Sequence record: DRR378314_790
Direction: 5' to 3' (one strand)
Length of the DNA stretch: 64,000 nucleotides
The notes under the pieces were generated by a model. The model did not search any database. It was not told the DNA's origin and saw only the letters and a list, made by a program, of their open reading frames with translations. Of this stretch, positions 30,024-40,300 are shown piece after piece. Positions within the stretch are counted from its first letter, which is position 1; each line of letters starts with the position of its first letter. The position numbers and the translations under genes are program-made.

Positions 30024-33000
30024 CTAATCTTGCTCTAAAAAGTGATTGAGTTGCAGTGATTCAAAGATGATTTCATCATGGGAGAAAACACTTAAACCAG
30101 TGTCTGATATATTGCCAGTAGAGAACTCTAAGCTCACATTGTGATCATTTCGAAACCAATCCTGATCCCAACGTAATTTTATCCAGCCTTGAGAAAAGTT
30201 ACCTAAATGCACTTGTTTGCGCCAACCTAGGCTGGTGATATATTGCCACGTGCTATTCGGCCTATCATCATCGGCAAATTTATAATAACTGGTTAAGCCT
30301 GCCTGAAAGATGTGGCCTCGGTAAAATTGATTCCATGAGCTTCCAAAGCGTAATAAATCTAAGCTCGTCCAATCAGCGTTACTGGTGCTGCCCGCCATAA
30401 AGTTAACATAACCATCAACCCAAGGTTGATAGCGATATTGGTATTCTCCTCGCCATCCATAAGGGTGATCCTCACGGTAAAAATTATAGATGTCGGAGTT
30501 TAAATTCGAATCAAATAAAAAGTCATCAAGGGAGGCACTGCTATAACTATAAAAAGGGCTCACTTGCCATTGGTGCCGGTGGCTTTGGTCTATTCGCCAA
30601 ATTTGACCAATTTGAATATAGGCATTTATACCGTATTGACTTGAAAGTTTACCTTTACTAGGTTGCCAAGAGGTTTGTAATGCACTGTCTATATACCACG
30701 GGCTATCATGGTCTTGCCAAGCGTGGTAGCCGTCGATAGAAAGTATGTCAGCGTCTTGCTCGCTGAATGAATATGTTAAGTCTAAACGATACCAGTTTTC
30801 ATCGTCGGCTAGGCGAAGTCGCGCTCCGAGATCTAAACTATGGCGAGTTGGAATGTCTTCACTGGTTTCAAATATACCACGGCGGTTATACTTAACAAAC
30901 GCTTGCCAGTTTATTTCTTCAGGCTTAAAGGTGGCGATTTCGCTGTGCAAAGTGTGTGTTTGCTCAGGTAATATATAGGTCAATATGTCACCTTCAAGCT
31001 GGGGTTGGGGTTGATAACTTGAAATTTTATGGTGTGAGTCTCTCAATTGCCATGTGTAGAGTCTGACGTATTTTAATTTATCTGTAGTGACTTCGACTTT
31101 TCCAGCTGGATGAAAAAAAGTTCGCTCAATACGTTGCTTATACCCATTACCCTCATTGCCCTTAAGCATTTGCTCAAGCTTTACCAATCTATCCGCAGGT
31201 AGTTTTGCAATTAACGGTTGGTTTGGTAGTACCGTGTAAAAGAGTAGCTTTTTTGGTAGAGGAAGATCATACCAATGCCCATGACGATACTCCTGTGCAT
31301 TCAAGGTTATAATCTGCGATAAGTAAGGATTGAGCCAATGCAATGAAATGACATTGTTTACAAGTTCCGATTTATTGAACCCAAATGCAGTCACCTTGTC
31401 TGGCTCAACAGACCATGTTTTTGTAGTATCACCTAGATTGATTGCAATATTAGCTATATTTCCTTGTGATAGCTCTGCATTAGAAAAGTGAAAATTCAAA
31501 CGTATTTGATCTGAACGGGTTTGCGATAAGTCTAAATGTAGGCTGTGTAATGGGCGCAGCAATAACCCGCTCTTAAAGTCATGCTTACTACTGCTGCGTG
31601 ATAACTGATCGCTAAAACTTGCTTCACTGAGCGAATCAACCGTAAGCAACTGGGTGCCAGCAAAGTCCGCGTATTCCTCAAGGGGTGTCCATTGACCATA
31701 ACTTTGCACCCGAGATAGTAGTGGTTCAAGGCTTTCAGGCAAAGTGACAGTTCTTAATTTGGCGAGCGCTTGTGTATACTCATTTATACCAAGAGTATTA
31801 CCAGATAGTTTGAATAAGGTGCTGTTTAGTAATGCTTTTTCATTTTTAGAGGGATCGTAAACCAAATCAAGAAATGGCTGTTGCCAATAATGAGCCGTAG
31901 CCATGTCTTGAAAAACAAAATCTGCTAATAAAGGCGCCGGTAAAACCTTTAAACTTATATATGCAGGGTTATCACTGTGTAGTCGAACAGACTCGCCTGG
32001 CTGTAAAGTAACTAAGCTTTCACTGGCAATAGATAGCAATTGCCCAGTATCTTCTCGTGCTGTCGTTGAGCTTATATCTGAATAAATGGGCAATATGCTT
32101 TGTTGTTGACCTTTGGTGGCGAACATCCAGCTCATTTTATATTGACCATTTTGGACGCTCTGACTGCGGGCTCTTATGGCGAATGTCACCGGTTTATCTG
32201 ATGCACTTACAGTAACTCCTTGTTGGTTGTTTAAAACATAAGTCTGAAATAAACCATTTGGGCTAATTAAGGTGTTGCTGCCTATATGTGCTAAAGAATA
32301 AGCTGTTTGATTACTATCTGCTTTAGCGTACTTACGCCAATTCAAACGCGCGTAACTATTTTTTAATTTTGGATCAGTTATTAGATTGTGGCTAAGCCAC
32401 AGTGCTAGCAGGTGGCGCTGCTGTTTAATGGCAAGCTTTACCATAGTATGTTGACACGTATTTATTGTATTGGCTGCATCAGCACACAAGCCTAGCAGTT
32501 TATAGTCTTGCTTTAGGTTGGTGTATTTTTCTAGTAGCGCTTGTGCGGCATATTTTTTAAGTGTTGGCGTTGCGGTGCTTTTATATAATCCCTCAAGATA
32601 GCTTTTAGCCAGTACACCTCTGCCTTGTTGTGATAATAATGCAATGCGCAGTTGCCATGCTTTTATTGCAATGGTTGGGTTTGTTGCATTTACTAATGAT
32701 TTTAGTAATTGTAGTGATTTTAACGGGTCACTTTTACTTAAGTCATGTGCTTTTGCAAGCTGGTTATGCCAATGCACTTGTTGCTGTTGCGTTTCTTTTA
32801 CACTTACAATTTGCGGGTTGTAGGGGACTAAAGTGTTAATGTATTCGTCGCCCATTAAAGCCAGCTTATCTTTAAGGAGTTGGCTGATAATAGGGCTTTT
32901 TTCTATTAACTTACCAGGTTGCAAATAAAGTAGCTCATTGTTTGGTAAGTCTAACAATTGTGAACTTTGCATTACATATTCTATGGGCTTACGTTGTGGT

Positions 33001-34325
33001 TGCAGGTTTTGGATTTTTATTGAGCTGGTGGTTAAGGGGATAGCTAATTCAAATGTTGCAAACTTGTCGCTTTTTAATAGGTTTAAATGCCATTGTTGAT
33101 TACCACTGCTAACTAAAATATGGGTGTCAATGTGACTGCGGGCATGCAATGTGATTGTAGGCTTGACGCGTTGTTTTGTTTTAAGATCAAAATGATGAGG
33201 TTGTGCTTTTAGAGAATGTACTTGAGCATACTCTTTTGTTAGTACAGGGTAGCCAGTATCATCAACAATACGCATGCCACTTAAGCTATCAAAGTGTTCG
33301 AATCGGCTATTAAAAATAATGTTATTATGGGCGTTGGGCATTAAGTAATGACTGGTTGAAATTGTTTTTAAAAGGTCTAGATAACGACGCTGGGCAAGCG
33401 CGTTATTTTTTTGATAAACACTCGAATTAACAGCCGATAAATCGTGATTTACATATATTTTTTTCAGTGTTTTATCTAAATTATTGATCCAAAAGGGTTG
33501 GAAGTACTTTTCCTCTAATTTATCCAATGCTTGATCGTCATATAGAGCGTGATGACTTTGTTCGACCTTTATGTAAGCAGCCGTTTCGCTTCGAAGTGTT
33601 AAATATTCACCTTTTTCAATGGCGATATAATCAGCATTGGCTAATCCAATGTGCTGTGACGGGTATTCATTCGCTTTACTGGCTAATACACTAATAATTG
33701 CAGCGGGCCTCTCATTAATAGAAGCATATACTTTGCCGTTAGTATCATGACTGAGTAAATCTTTACGCACTGATATTTTTAGTTTTTTAGCATGTTGAAA
33801 GTATAACTTAACCTGTTCACCAGCTTTAAAGTGATAATAATACTCAATATTTTGACCATAAGTAAGACGTGTTATATGCCTAGGGAGTTTTATTGCGTGG
33901 AGAAAGCTATCGCTGTGCCGCAAATTTTTACCCACCATGACATTAAACGTTTTACCAACATCTAAATGATTCGTTATTTTAATAATTCGGTTGTATGGTT
34001 GGCTAGGCAGCTGGCAGCGTGATTTTTTACAGGTAAAATCACGCTGTTGGTTCAACCTTTGTTGCGCAAGGTGACTGGTACCGGCGCTAAGAATAAATAT
34101 ATTAAAGTGACTACTTTCAAGTTCAAGCCATTGTCCTTTAGGTAACCACAAATGCTGGCTCTGCTTCGCTTCAAAAAAGTTTGAATGTTGTTTTTCTTTT
34201 AGTGTGAGTTCTGAACCAACATTTACCCAAGTCGGAGAGTTTAAGATGTTGTCGTTACTAGCAAATGCATACGTGCTCACTAAAGAGAAAAAGCTAAAAA
34301 TACAGACAATCACAGTGAAATACAT
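30024..34325 (-). CDS. Large exported protein (1433 aa): beta-rich periplasmic domains, TPR-like helical segment and probable C-terminal outer-membrane beta-barrel
   Basis: Signal peptide (…TYAFA-S); helical segment QLAKAHDLSKSDPLKSLQLLKSL…; last ~290 aa are alternating aromatic-rich strands (WYRLDLTYSFS, WRGEYQYRYQPW, GWIKLRWDQ). Confidence 0.7.
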   Translation of the reverse strand: MYFTVIVCIFSFFSLVSTYAFASNDNILNSPTWVNVGSELTLKEKQHSNFFEAKQSQHLWLPKGQWLELESSHFNIFILSAGTSHLAQQRLNQQRDFTCKKSRCQLPSQPYNRIIKITNHLDVGKTFNVMVGKNLRHSDSFLHAIKLPRHITRLTYGQNIEYYYHFKAGEQVKLYFQHAKKLKISVRKDLLSHDTNGKVYASINERPAAIISVLASKANEYPSQHIGLANADYIAIEKGEYLTLRSETAAYIKVEQSHHALYDDQALDKLEEKYFQPFWINNLDKTLKKIYVNHDLSAVNSSVYQKNNALAQRRYLDLLKTISTSHYLMPNAHNNIIFNSRFEHFDSLSGMRIVDDTGYPVLTKEYAQVHSLKAQPHHFDLKTKQRVKPTITLHARSHIDTHILVSSGNQQWHLNLLKSDKFATFELAIPLTTSSIKIQNLQPQRKPIEYVMQSSQLLDLPNNELLYLQPGKLIEKSPIISQLLKDKLALMGDEYINTLVPYNPQIVSVKETQQQQVHWHNQLAKAHDLSKSDPLKSLQLLKSLVNATNPTIAIKAWQLRIALLSQQGRGVLAKSYLEGLYKSTATPTLKKYAAQALLEKYTNLKQDYKLLGLCADAANTINTCQHTMVKLAIKQQRHLLALWLSHNLITDPKLKNSYARLNWRKYAKADSNQTAYSLAHIGSNTLISPNGLFQTYVLNNQQGVTVSASDKPVTFAIRARSQSVQNGQYKMSWMFATKGQQQSILPIYSDISSTTAREDTGQLLSIASESLVTLQPGESVRLHSDNPAYISLKVLPAPLLADFVFQDMATAHYWQQPFLDLVYDPSKNEKALLNSTLFKLSGNTLGINEYTQALAKLRTVTLPESLEPLLSRVQSYGQWTPLEEYADFAGTQLLTVDSLSEASFSDQLSRSSSKHDFKSGLLLRPLHSLHLDLSQTRSDQIRLNFHFSNAELSQGNIANIAINLGDTTKTWSVEPDKVTAFGFNKSELVNNVISLHWLNPYLSQIITLNAQEYRHGHWYDLPLPKKLLFYTVLPNQPLIAKLPADRLVKLEQMLKGNEGNGYKQRIERTFFHPAGKVEVTTDKLKYVRLYTWQLRDSHHKISSYQPQPQLEGDILTYILPEQTHTLHSEIATFKPEEINWQAFVKYNRRGIFETSEDIPTRHSLDLGARLRLADDENWYRLDLTYSFSEQDADILSIDGYHAWQDHDSPWYIDSALQTSWQPSKGKLSSQYGINAYIQIGQIWRIDQSHRHQWQVSPFYSYSSASLDDFLFDSNLNSDIYNFYREDHPYGWRGEYQYRYQPWVDGYVNFMAGSTSNADWTSLDLLRFGSSWNQFYRGHIFQAGLTSYYKFADDDRPNSTWQYITSLGWRKQVHLGNFSQGWIKLRWDQDWFRNDHNVSLEFSTGNISDTGLSVFSHDEIIFESLQLNHFLEQD

Positions 34326-35074
34326 TTTTTTAGTCCACTCATTAATTTAGGCTGTTGAATAAGTTTTTTACGTAATGAATAACTAAGTTCAATATGGAAA
34401 AATTCATTTTTTGGCAATGTAATACTATTTAAAATATTTTTAGTGCCACCTAGCTCGGCTACTTCTAATGGGTAGACGGCGCTTTTGAGTTTTAAGCGGT
34501 CATTGAAGCAACGGCTTATTTTTTTCACTTTTGCCGAAGGCGGCCGTGCCCCCTGACTGATAATGATATCAAGAGCTTGAGCTTGCTCTGTGCGACGTTT
34601 CTTTTCATCAAAACCATGAATTTGATAAATACGGGTCGCTGGCACAGTACTGGCGTACGATTCGATGAATGCATTTGCAACACTGTAACGGGACTTACCT
34701 AAATCGGCTTTAACTCCCAGCTTGTTTAGGGTATTTCGGTGTTTTGTATTGGCTATGAGTACTTGGCACTGTGCGGATAATGCCTCTGCAATGTCAAAAG
34801 TGTATTTGTCAAAATAACGGTGTGGTGCATAGATAATACAGGGTTCTTCGTGCATGCTATAGCGTATGAGAGCGCCGGAAATTAATTCATGTTTATCATC
34901 CAAGATTATTTCTGCATTTAGATGATAATTTAACTGCATCACTCTTTGATTTGTCAGCCACTGACTAAGCTGTTGTTTTAAAGTGGCATACTTATCGGCA
35001 ACACTAGGTCCTGTTGCGCTTAATGCAAAGCTCAAAAATAAGCTTAAAAGTAGGGTTGGTTTAAAGAGTTTCAT
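34310..35074 (-). CDS. Exported Zn-carboxypeptidase-fold protein, putative poly-gamma-glutamate hydrolase-like enzyme
   Basis: Signal peptide; IYAPHRYFD, QIHGF, LGGTKNILN and FFHIELSYSLR resemble the APH…E, LHG and QLELS…LR motifs of phage-type gamma-PGA hydrolases. Confidence 0.55.
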   Translation of the reverse strand: MKLFKPTLLLSLFLSFALSATGPSVADKYATLKQQLSQWLTNQRVMQLNYHLNAEIILDDKHELISGALIRYSMHEEPCIIYAPHRYFDKYTFDIAEALSAQCQVLIANTKHRNTLNKLGVKADLGKSRYSVANAFIESYASTVPATRIYQIHGFDEKKRRTEQAQALDIIISQGARPPSAKVKKISRCFNDRLKLKSAVYPLEVAELGGTKNILNSITLPKNEFFHIELSYSLRKKLIQQPKLMSGLKKCISL

Positions 35075-37331
35075 CGTTCCACCACCTTATTCTTTGTTCT
35101 TCATTTTCATACTCTTCAAGTATGGCAATCCAAATCGTTTTATCACTGCTCAACGTAATATCATTGATAGCCCTTATATCACTGGTGATTTGATTTGTGA
35201 TAGCAGGGTAAGCATATAGTGTGCTGTCTTTAGGGTGTATCAGGAATGCATCACTCAGAGCGCTTGGTAATAAACGTAACCGTTTGCTTTTTAGGCTATA
35301 TTCATCTGTTAAACCTCGTTGATAACGAGCACTTTGTGCAATATTAAGTATGATGGGCTGATTTATTTTTGAGCTATAGGCTTTCACTACAACACTTTTT
35401 GGTCGAAGTGACGGGTAGTTCAAGGTGAGCGTTTTATTCGCTGCTAATTTATATAAGCGTTGTTTAATCCATGGTCTTGGACCTTGCCAGTTTTGATAAA
35501 TAGCTTTAGCTGTTGTTTTAATGTGGGTTAAGTTATTAAAATCAGTGTCTTTTAAATCAATCTCTTTAGCGCTATTTTTATTTTCTTGATACACAATATT
35601 GGCGGCAATAGTATCCGGGGCTTGTGCTGATGTTTGTATCAACAGGTGTGATTGCATTTTTGCGTAGTTAAAAGGGGTAGGTTCAGTTAACGGTGCAAAG
35701 TATTTTTTGGGGTTATTTACTAAGGCCACATTGGATATTGGTAGAACTGAAAAAAGCTCTCTTGATTGGTAAAAGGTGTCTTCGATAATGACTTCTGGTG
35801 GTTCTTCAAAAACGCGGATGTTTATGTAAGCGTCGTTATCAGTGAAGCTATAATGATTATCTGCTTGTTGCTCATACCAAGCAGCAATATCGTAAAAGTC
35901 TGGTGTTTCTTCACAAACGGTGTGACACACAGTTCGTTGGTAATTAAAATCACTATTACGGGACTTGACTCTTATCAGAGCAGGTTGATTTGAAATAACT
36001 TCTAGGCTGGCCGCTTTTTCCCCAACACGTAAATATAATGCTTTGGCTTTTTTAGTTAGTTGGCGCTGTGTTGTATCAAGAATAATTCGGTCAAATTGTG
36101 AAGTTTCGCCGTCATAAAATACGTTAAACCTTTCTATTTCCTTTTTATTTATATCATATACCACGACTATCGCTTGGCTGTTTCGGGGGGCCCGTAGCTC
36201 AATATTAATGTCACTATTTGCTTCAAGGGTGTAGCGAGCGTTAATTGTTTCGCTGATTTTATAAAAACCATCTTGCGATGTGAGTAGCGGCTGCATTGAT
36301 TTAAATGACCAGTTAGTCAATGTGCTTTGAGTACTGCAAATAGTCACTAAGCCTGGCAGTAGAGGTTCGGTAATGAACTGAGTTGTTTGCTCATATTGTC
36401 CAAAGCTAACTGTTTTCGGTGCAACAAATTGATGCAAATCGTACCAAACCAGGTCGATTTTTGCCGTGTTGTTTTGCGTGAAAATTAAACTATCTGGATG
36501 TTCTATTTTGATACTTGCACAAAGGTGCTGATCGGTATAGTAATCGTCTAGATTTAGTTGTTGTTGGCTGAAATCATACGTTACGACATTGTAAGGTAAG
36601 GTTTCGTATAAAATATCTGATTTAAAATCGATGCTTGGTATTCCTTGTGGCGCAAGCTTTAACCACTTGAACGCAACTGCACTACTCATTTCTGACTCTG
36701 ATAAAGCATTAACACCAAGACTTAAATAATTTGTAGCTCGCTCACGTCTTTCTATTGGTAGTTTTAACCAAGCGCTATCTTGATCTTGGGCATTATTGAT
36801 GGTCTTTGCATGCACTCTGACGACAACACCTTTGACGTTAGGATCCTCTGGGATTAATCTTAAGGAAATTGAAAAAACACCCTCAAGTTGTTGTGAGCTA
36901 ATATAAAACGATTGCCCAGATGAAACGTGCAAAGCCTCACGCTGTTCAATAATTTGCTTTATTTGGTGCTCGTCATCGGCTGGCGTTAATTTAGTTGCAT
37001 GATGGTAAATACGGGTTTTAATAGGTTTGTTTTGCTCGTCATTTAATGAGTACTCAATGGCATAATTGATAGGTGTATCGAGATTGAGCTGTTGCTGAAA
37101 AATGGCATTTGAGAGCACTCGAATAGAGCGGGTACGTGATGGTGAGTATGCAAAAATTAAGGGCTTTTCAGTGGATAGCCACTGGACATTAGAGCGAGTT
37201 TCATCGTCTGAGCGAGCGGTTATAGGCTCGGCAGATTTTAACCAAAGATAAAAGCTAAACAATGAAAAGCCAGCGGTAATTAACAATGTTAATAATACTA
37301 TAAGCTTAAAAAAGCGCTTAATAAATTGCAT
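35061..37331 (-). CDS. N-terminally membrane-anchored, beta-rich periplasmic protein of unknown function (756 aa)
   Basis: Long ORF translationally coupled to both neighbours; single N-terminal TM (LIVLLTLLITAGFSLFSFYLWL). Confidence 0.75.
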   Translation of the reverse strand: MQFIKRFFKLIVLLTLLITAGFSLFSFYLWLKSAEPITARSDDETRSNVQWLSTEKPLIFAYSPSRTRSIRVLSNAIFQQQLNLDTPINYAIEYSLNDEQNKPIKTRIYHHATKLTPADDEHQIKQIIEQREALHVSSGQSFYISSQQLEGVFSISLRLIPEDPNVKGVVVRVHAKTINNAQDQDSAWLKLPIERRERATNYLSLGVNALSESEMSSAVAFKWLKLAPQGIPSIDFKSDILYETLPYNVVTYDFSQQQLNLDDYYTDQHLCASIKIEHPDSLIFTQNNTAKIDLVWYDLHQFVAPKTVSFGQYEQTTQFITEPLLPGLVTICSTQSTLTNWSFKSMQPLLTSQDGFYKISETINARYTLEANSDINIELRAPRNSQAIVVVYDINKKEIERFNVFYDGETSQFDRIILDTTQRQLTKKAKALYLRVGEKAASLEVISNQPALIRVKSRNSDFNYQRTVCHTVCEETPDFYDIAAWYEQQADNHYSFTDNDAYINIRVFEEPPEVIIEDTFYQSRELFSVLPISNVALVNNPKKYFAPLTEPTPFNYAKMQSHLLIQTSAQAPDTIAANIVYQENKNSAKEIDLKDTDFNNLTHIKTTAKAIYQNWQGPRPWIKQRLYKLAANKTLTLNYPSLRPKSVVVKAYSSKINQPIILNIAQSARYQRGLTDEYSLKSKRLRLLPSALSDAFLIHPKDSTLYAYPAITNQITSDIRAINDITLSSDKTIWIAILEEYENEEQRIRWWNDETL

Positions 37332-40300
37332 AAGTGCCTTCCATCATCATGGTGTTAAAACGTGATTGATCGGTTAATCGGTTTGTCACTGGATTAAAAA
37401 TAGCGAGCAACTTTGAATTTAAGAGTATAGCGAGGGCATATTCTTGTTGGCCTTCAAACTCTATAGTTTGTAAGGTGCAGTTATTAATGGGCTTACATAG
37501 TTGTGCCAGTACTGTTAAGCGTTGTGAACTACCATACTGTTGCAGTACGTCATTAAAATGCTGTTCTTGATTAAAGCTTAAATCGGCCCAGTCATTTGGT
37601 GACAGTGTGCTGATATTTATTGTTTTTACATAGGGTTGAGCAGATATTGCCAGCAAGCGTTGTAATAAACTTTGCTGATTAACTGAAAATTGTTTTTTAA
37701 AGTCAGATGCTAGCCACAATGTTGCAAGTTCACTTTGTGACGTAAATACTTGATAGCCAGATTGTGGTGAAGTGCCTAATTCAAGCCCTCTTGTTGCAGT
37801 TTGACCTAATACTGTTTGATAGTTTACCGACAAAGTGTTTAGGCCACTATCAAGTGCATCAATAAGTGGCTTATAGCTACTGCCTGCTTGAGTATACTGA
37901 AATGCCAGTGCTGTGGGTCTAATCCACGATGGAGCACTATGACTACGAATTTGTAAACTAAGTACATGCTGGTTTTGTGCATACCTAAGGTAGCTTTGAT
38001 GAACAACATTAAAAAGTGCGTCAATATTGTTTGGCGCTAATACATTTGCTTGCGGATGCGCATATGGATGAGCGCCCGCAATCATAAGCTGTTCAGCTTT
38101 ACTGGCAATAAATAACTCAGTCGCAAACTTAAGTGTATTACTTTCAAATAATGGCCGAGGGACTTGGATATTTAATCGCTCACTATTGTTGAGATTTAAA
38201 AAATATACTCCTTGACCATACCCAAGTGCAGGGCCTTCTAAACTAGGCGCAATTAGGAGGAAGCGGCCTTGGCCATTACGAACCAAACTTAACTGGTAGC
38301 CCATTAACCTAACCGTCGAATTAACCTGCTTGAGTAGATTTACTACATCACCATCGACCATTTTTTCTCTTAGGCTGGCTTTTAAATTGTACAGCGGGCG
38401 TAAAATTTCAAACTCCCATAAAGCCGCTTGATTAGGTGATAATGGTTTATACTGGCCACTTCCTTTTGCGGTAATATAGTCTGAATAAAAATCCACCAAT
38501 TCGTTTAGCGATTTATTGACGTAGGCGATTTCATTTTTTGCTTCTCCTTGATTATCGCGAGCAATATTAGCTAATAACGTAGTGTAGTTTTCACGACTTA
38601 AGAAAGCTTCAAATAATTGACCTTTAAAATTTTGATCGGGCAAGGAGCTTGTTGTTGCTAGACCGAAGAATGTCCCTTGGTAACCAAGCAGCTGCTGAAC
38701 TAATCGTTGGCTCAATTCGCTGGGGATCTGGTTATATATCCAATATTGGCTCGACGCACCTAACGTGGTTTTTGCTAGTAAGCGGCTGCTGCGGTTATTT
38801 ACCTCGCGCACTTGAAATATTTGCTCAAGATCCATCGCCTCAATGAATGCATAATAATAATCACTCTGCTGATTATTTTGAGAGAGTTTTGCACTGGGTG
38901 TTAAGCTTGTACCAAATACCATAGCTTGAGCTGAAAAATGCTCAAAAATATGACCTGCGGAATCACTTGCAAGGCTTTCCGACGTTGGATAAGGCACTGT
39001 GACTATAAAGTTTGCTGAAGGGTTGCGCGCAATAACAAAAAATCCTCGTTGAGAGGTTTTTCTCGTATCACGGATATAAATAAACCGTTCATCAAATTGA
39101 AGTTGAAAACCGAGTTTAGCGAAACGTAGTAGGTTATTTTGTATGTTCTGTAAATTATCGGGGGCTTTGTTTATTTCATTAATTGCGTACTTAAAATTGT
39201 TTTTGTCTTGGTTTACTTGGTAAAGGCTCAATTCTACACTGTCTTTGCTATCGGTGTACAAATAGCTTTTATACTCACTAATTTGTTGGCTCAAGGTACT
39301 CGTTTGTTGGGTTGGGCTAAAGCTATTAACGCCCGTATCTATAAATAAAGAAGGGATAAACATAATAAGAAAACCAATGGCAATTGCTAACGAACCACCA
39401 ACAATTGACGTTTGAAACGTCGCTCTTATGACGAGACCTAACGCACTTTTTTGGTATATTTTTAAAGCTAATAAAGTAGATAACATATAACCAAAGGCAA
39501 AGGTGTCAGTTACTTTTATCTCAGGGTAATAATGGACAACAAAATAGTTTAAAAAGAGCTTATAAATAAAACCAATGTTAAAGAAAAACAATAAAAGTCG
39601 AGCGCCTTCAATATTGGCATTCCTTAATCTTGTATAGTTAAGCAATGATGCGCCAATAATTAATATAATGGCCGTTTCGGCAAAAGAGGTGAGTAACTTG
39701 GTTGGTTGCATCAATTGTAAAGCAAGTAAAGCAGGCAACATGATGCCATTAAACTCCCAGCCATATTTTATATTCGCTCTGGATGCAAAAAAGGCCGTTA
39801 TTACTAGAATGATGTACGCTTTAGGGGCAGCGATAATTGAAGCCGCAACCGCTTCATACATTATAGCAAGGTTAGCAATGCTAAAATTGGTCATTGGCAT
39901 GAGTGCATAGCGTACTAGTAAATAGGTAATAACAAGCTGAATAATGGTCACTTTCATGCCGTATTTAAAACCGCCGTTCCACATTACGTTTGCGGTTAAC
40001 GCGATAATAACTAAGCCAAGTGAATAAAGCTGTGAAGAGTAGTCAAAAGTAATATCCCAACCGCTTAGGATATTGGCAATTAATGGCCAAAAAAGGGTGT
40101 CCATAACTACACGGACTAAAATACTAATTAAGATAATAGCGAAAAACCGATCTCGGCCAAACATTTCCCCGTAGCCAAATTTTTCCATAATGTATTTAGC
40201 GCTAAAGCGCATCAAGCCATACACCACGACAGATTCAATAATAATAACGCCAGCAGAGGTAGGGCTTACAATAAGAAGTGGTACAAGGTAACCCGGAACA

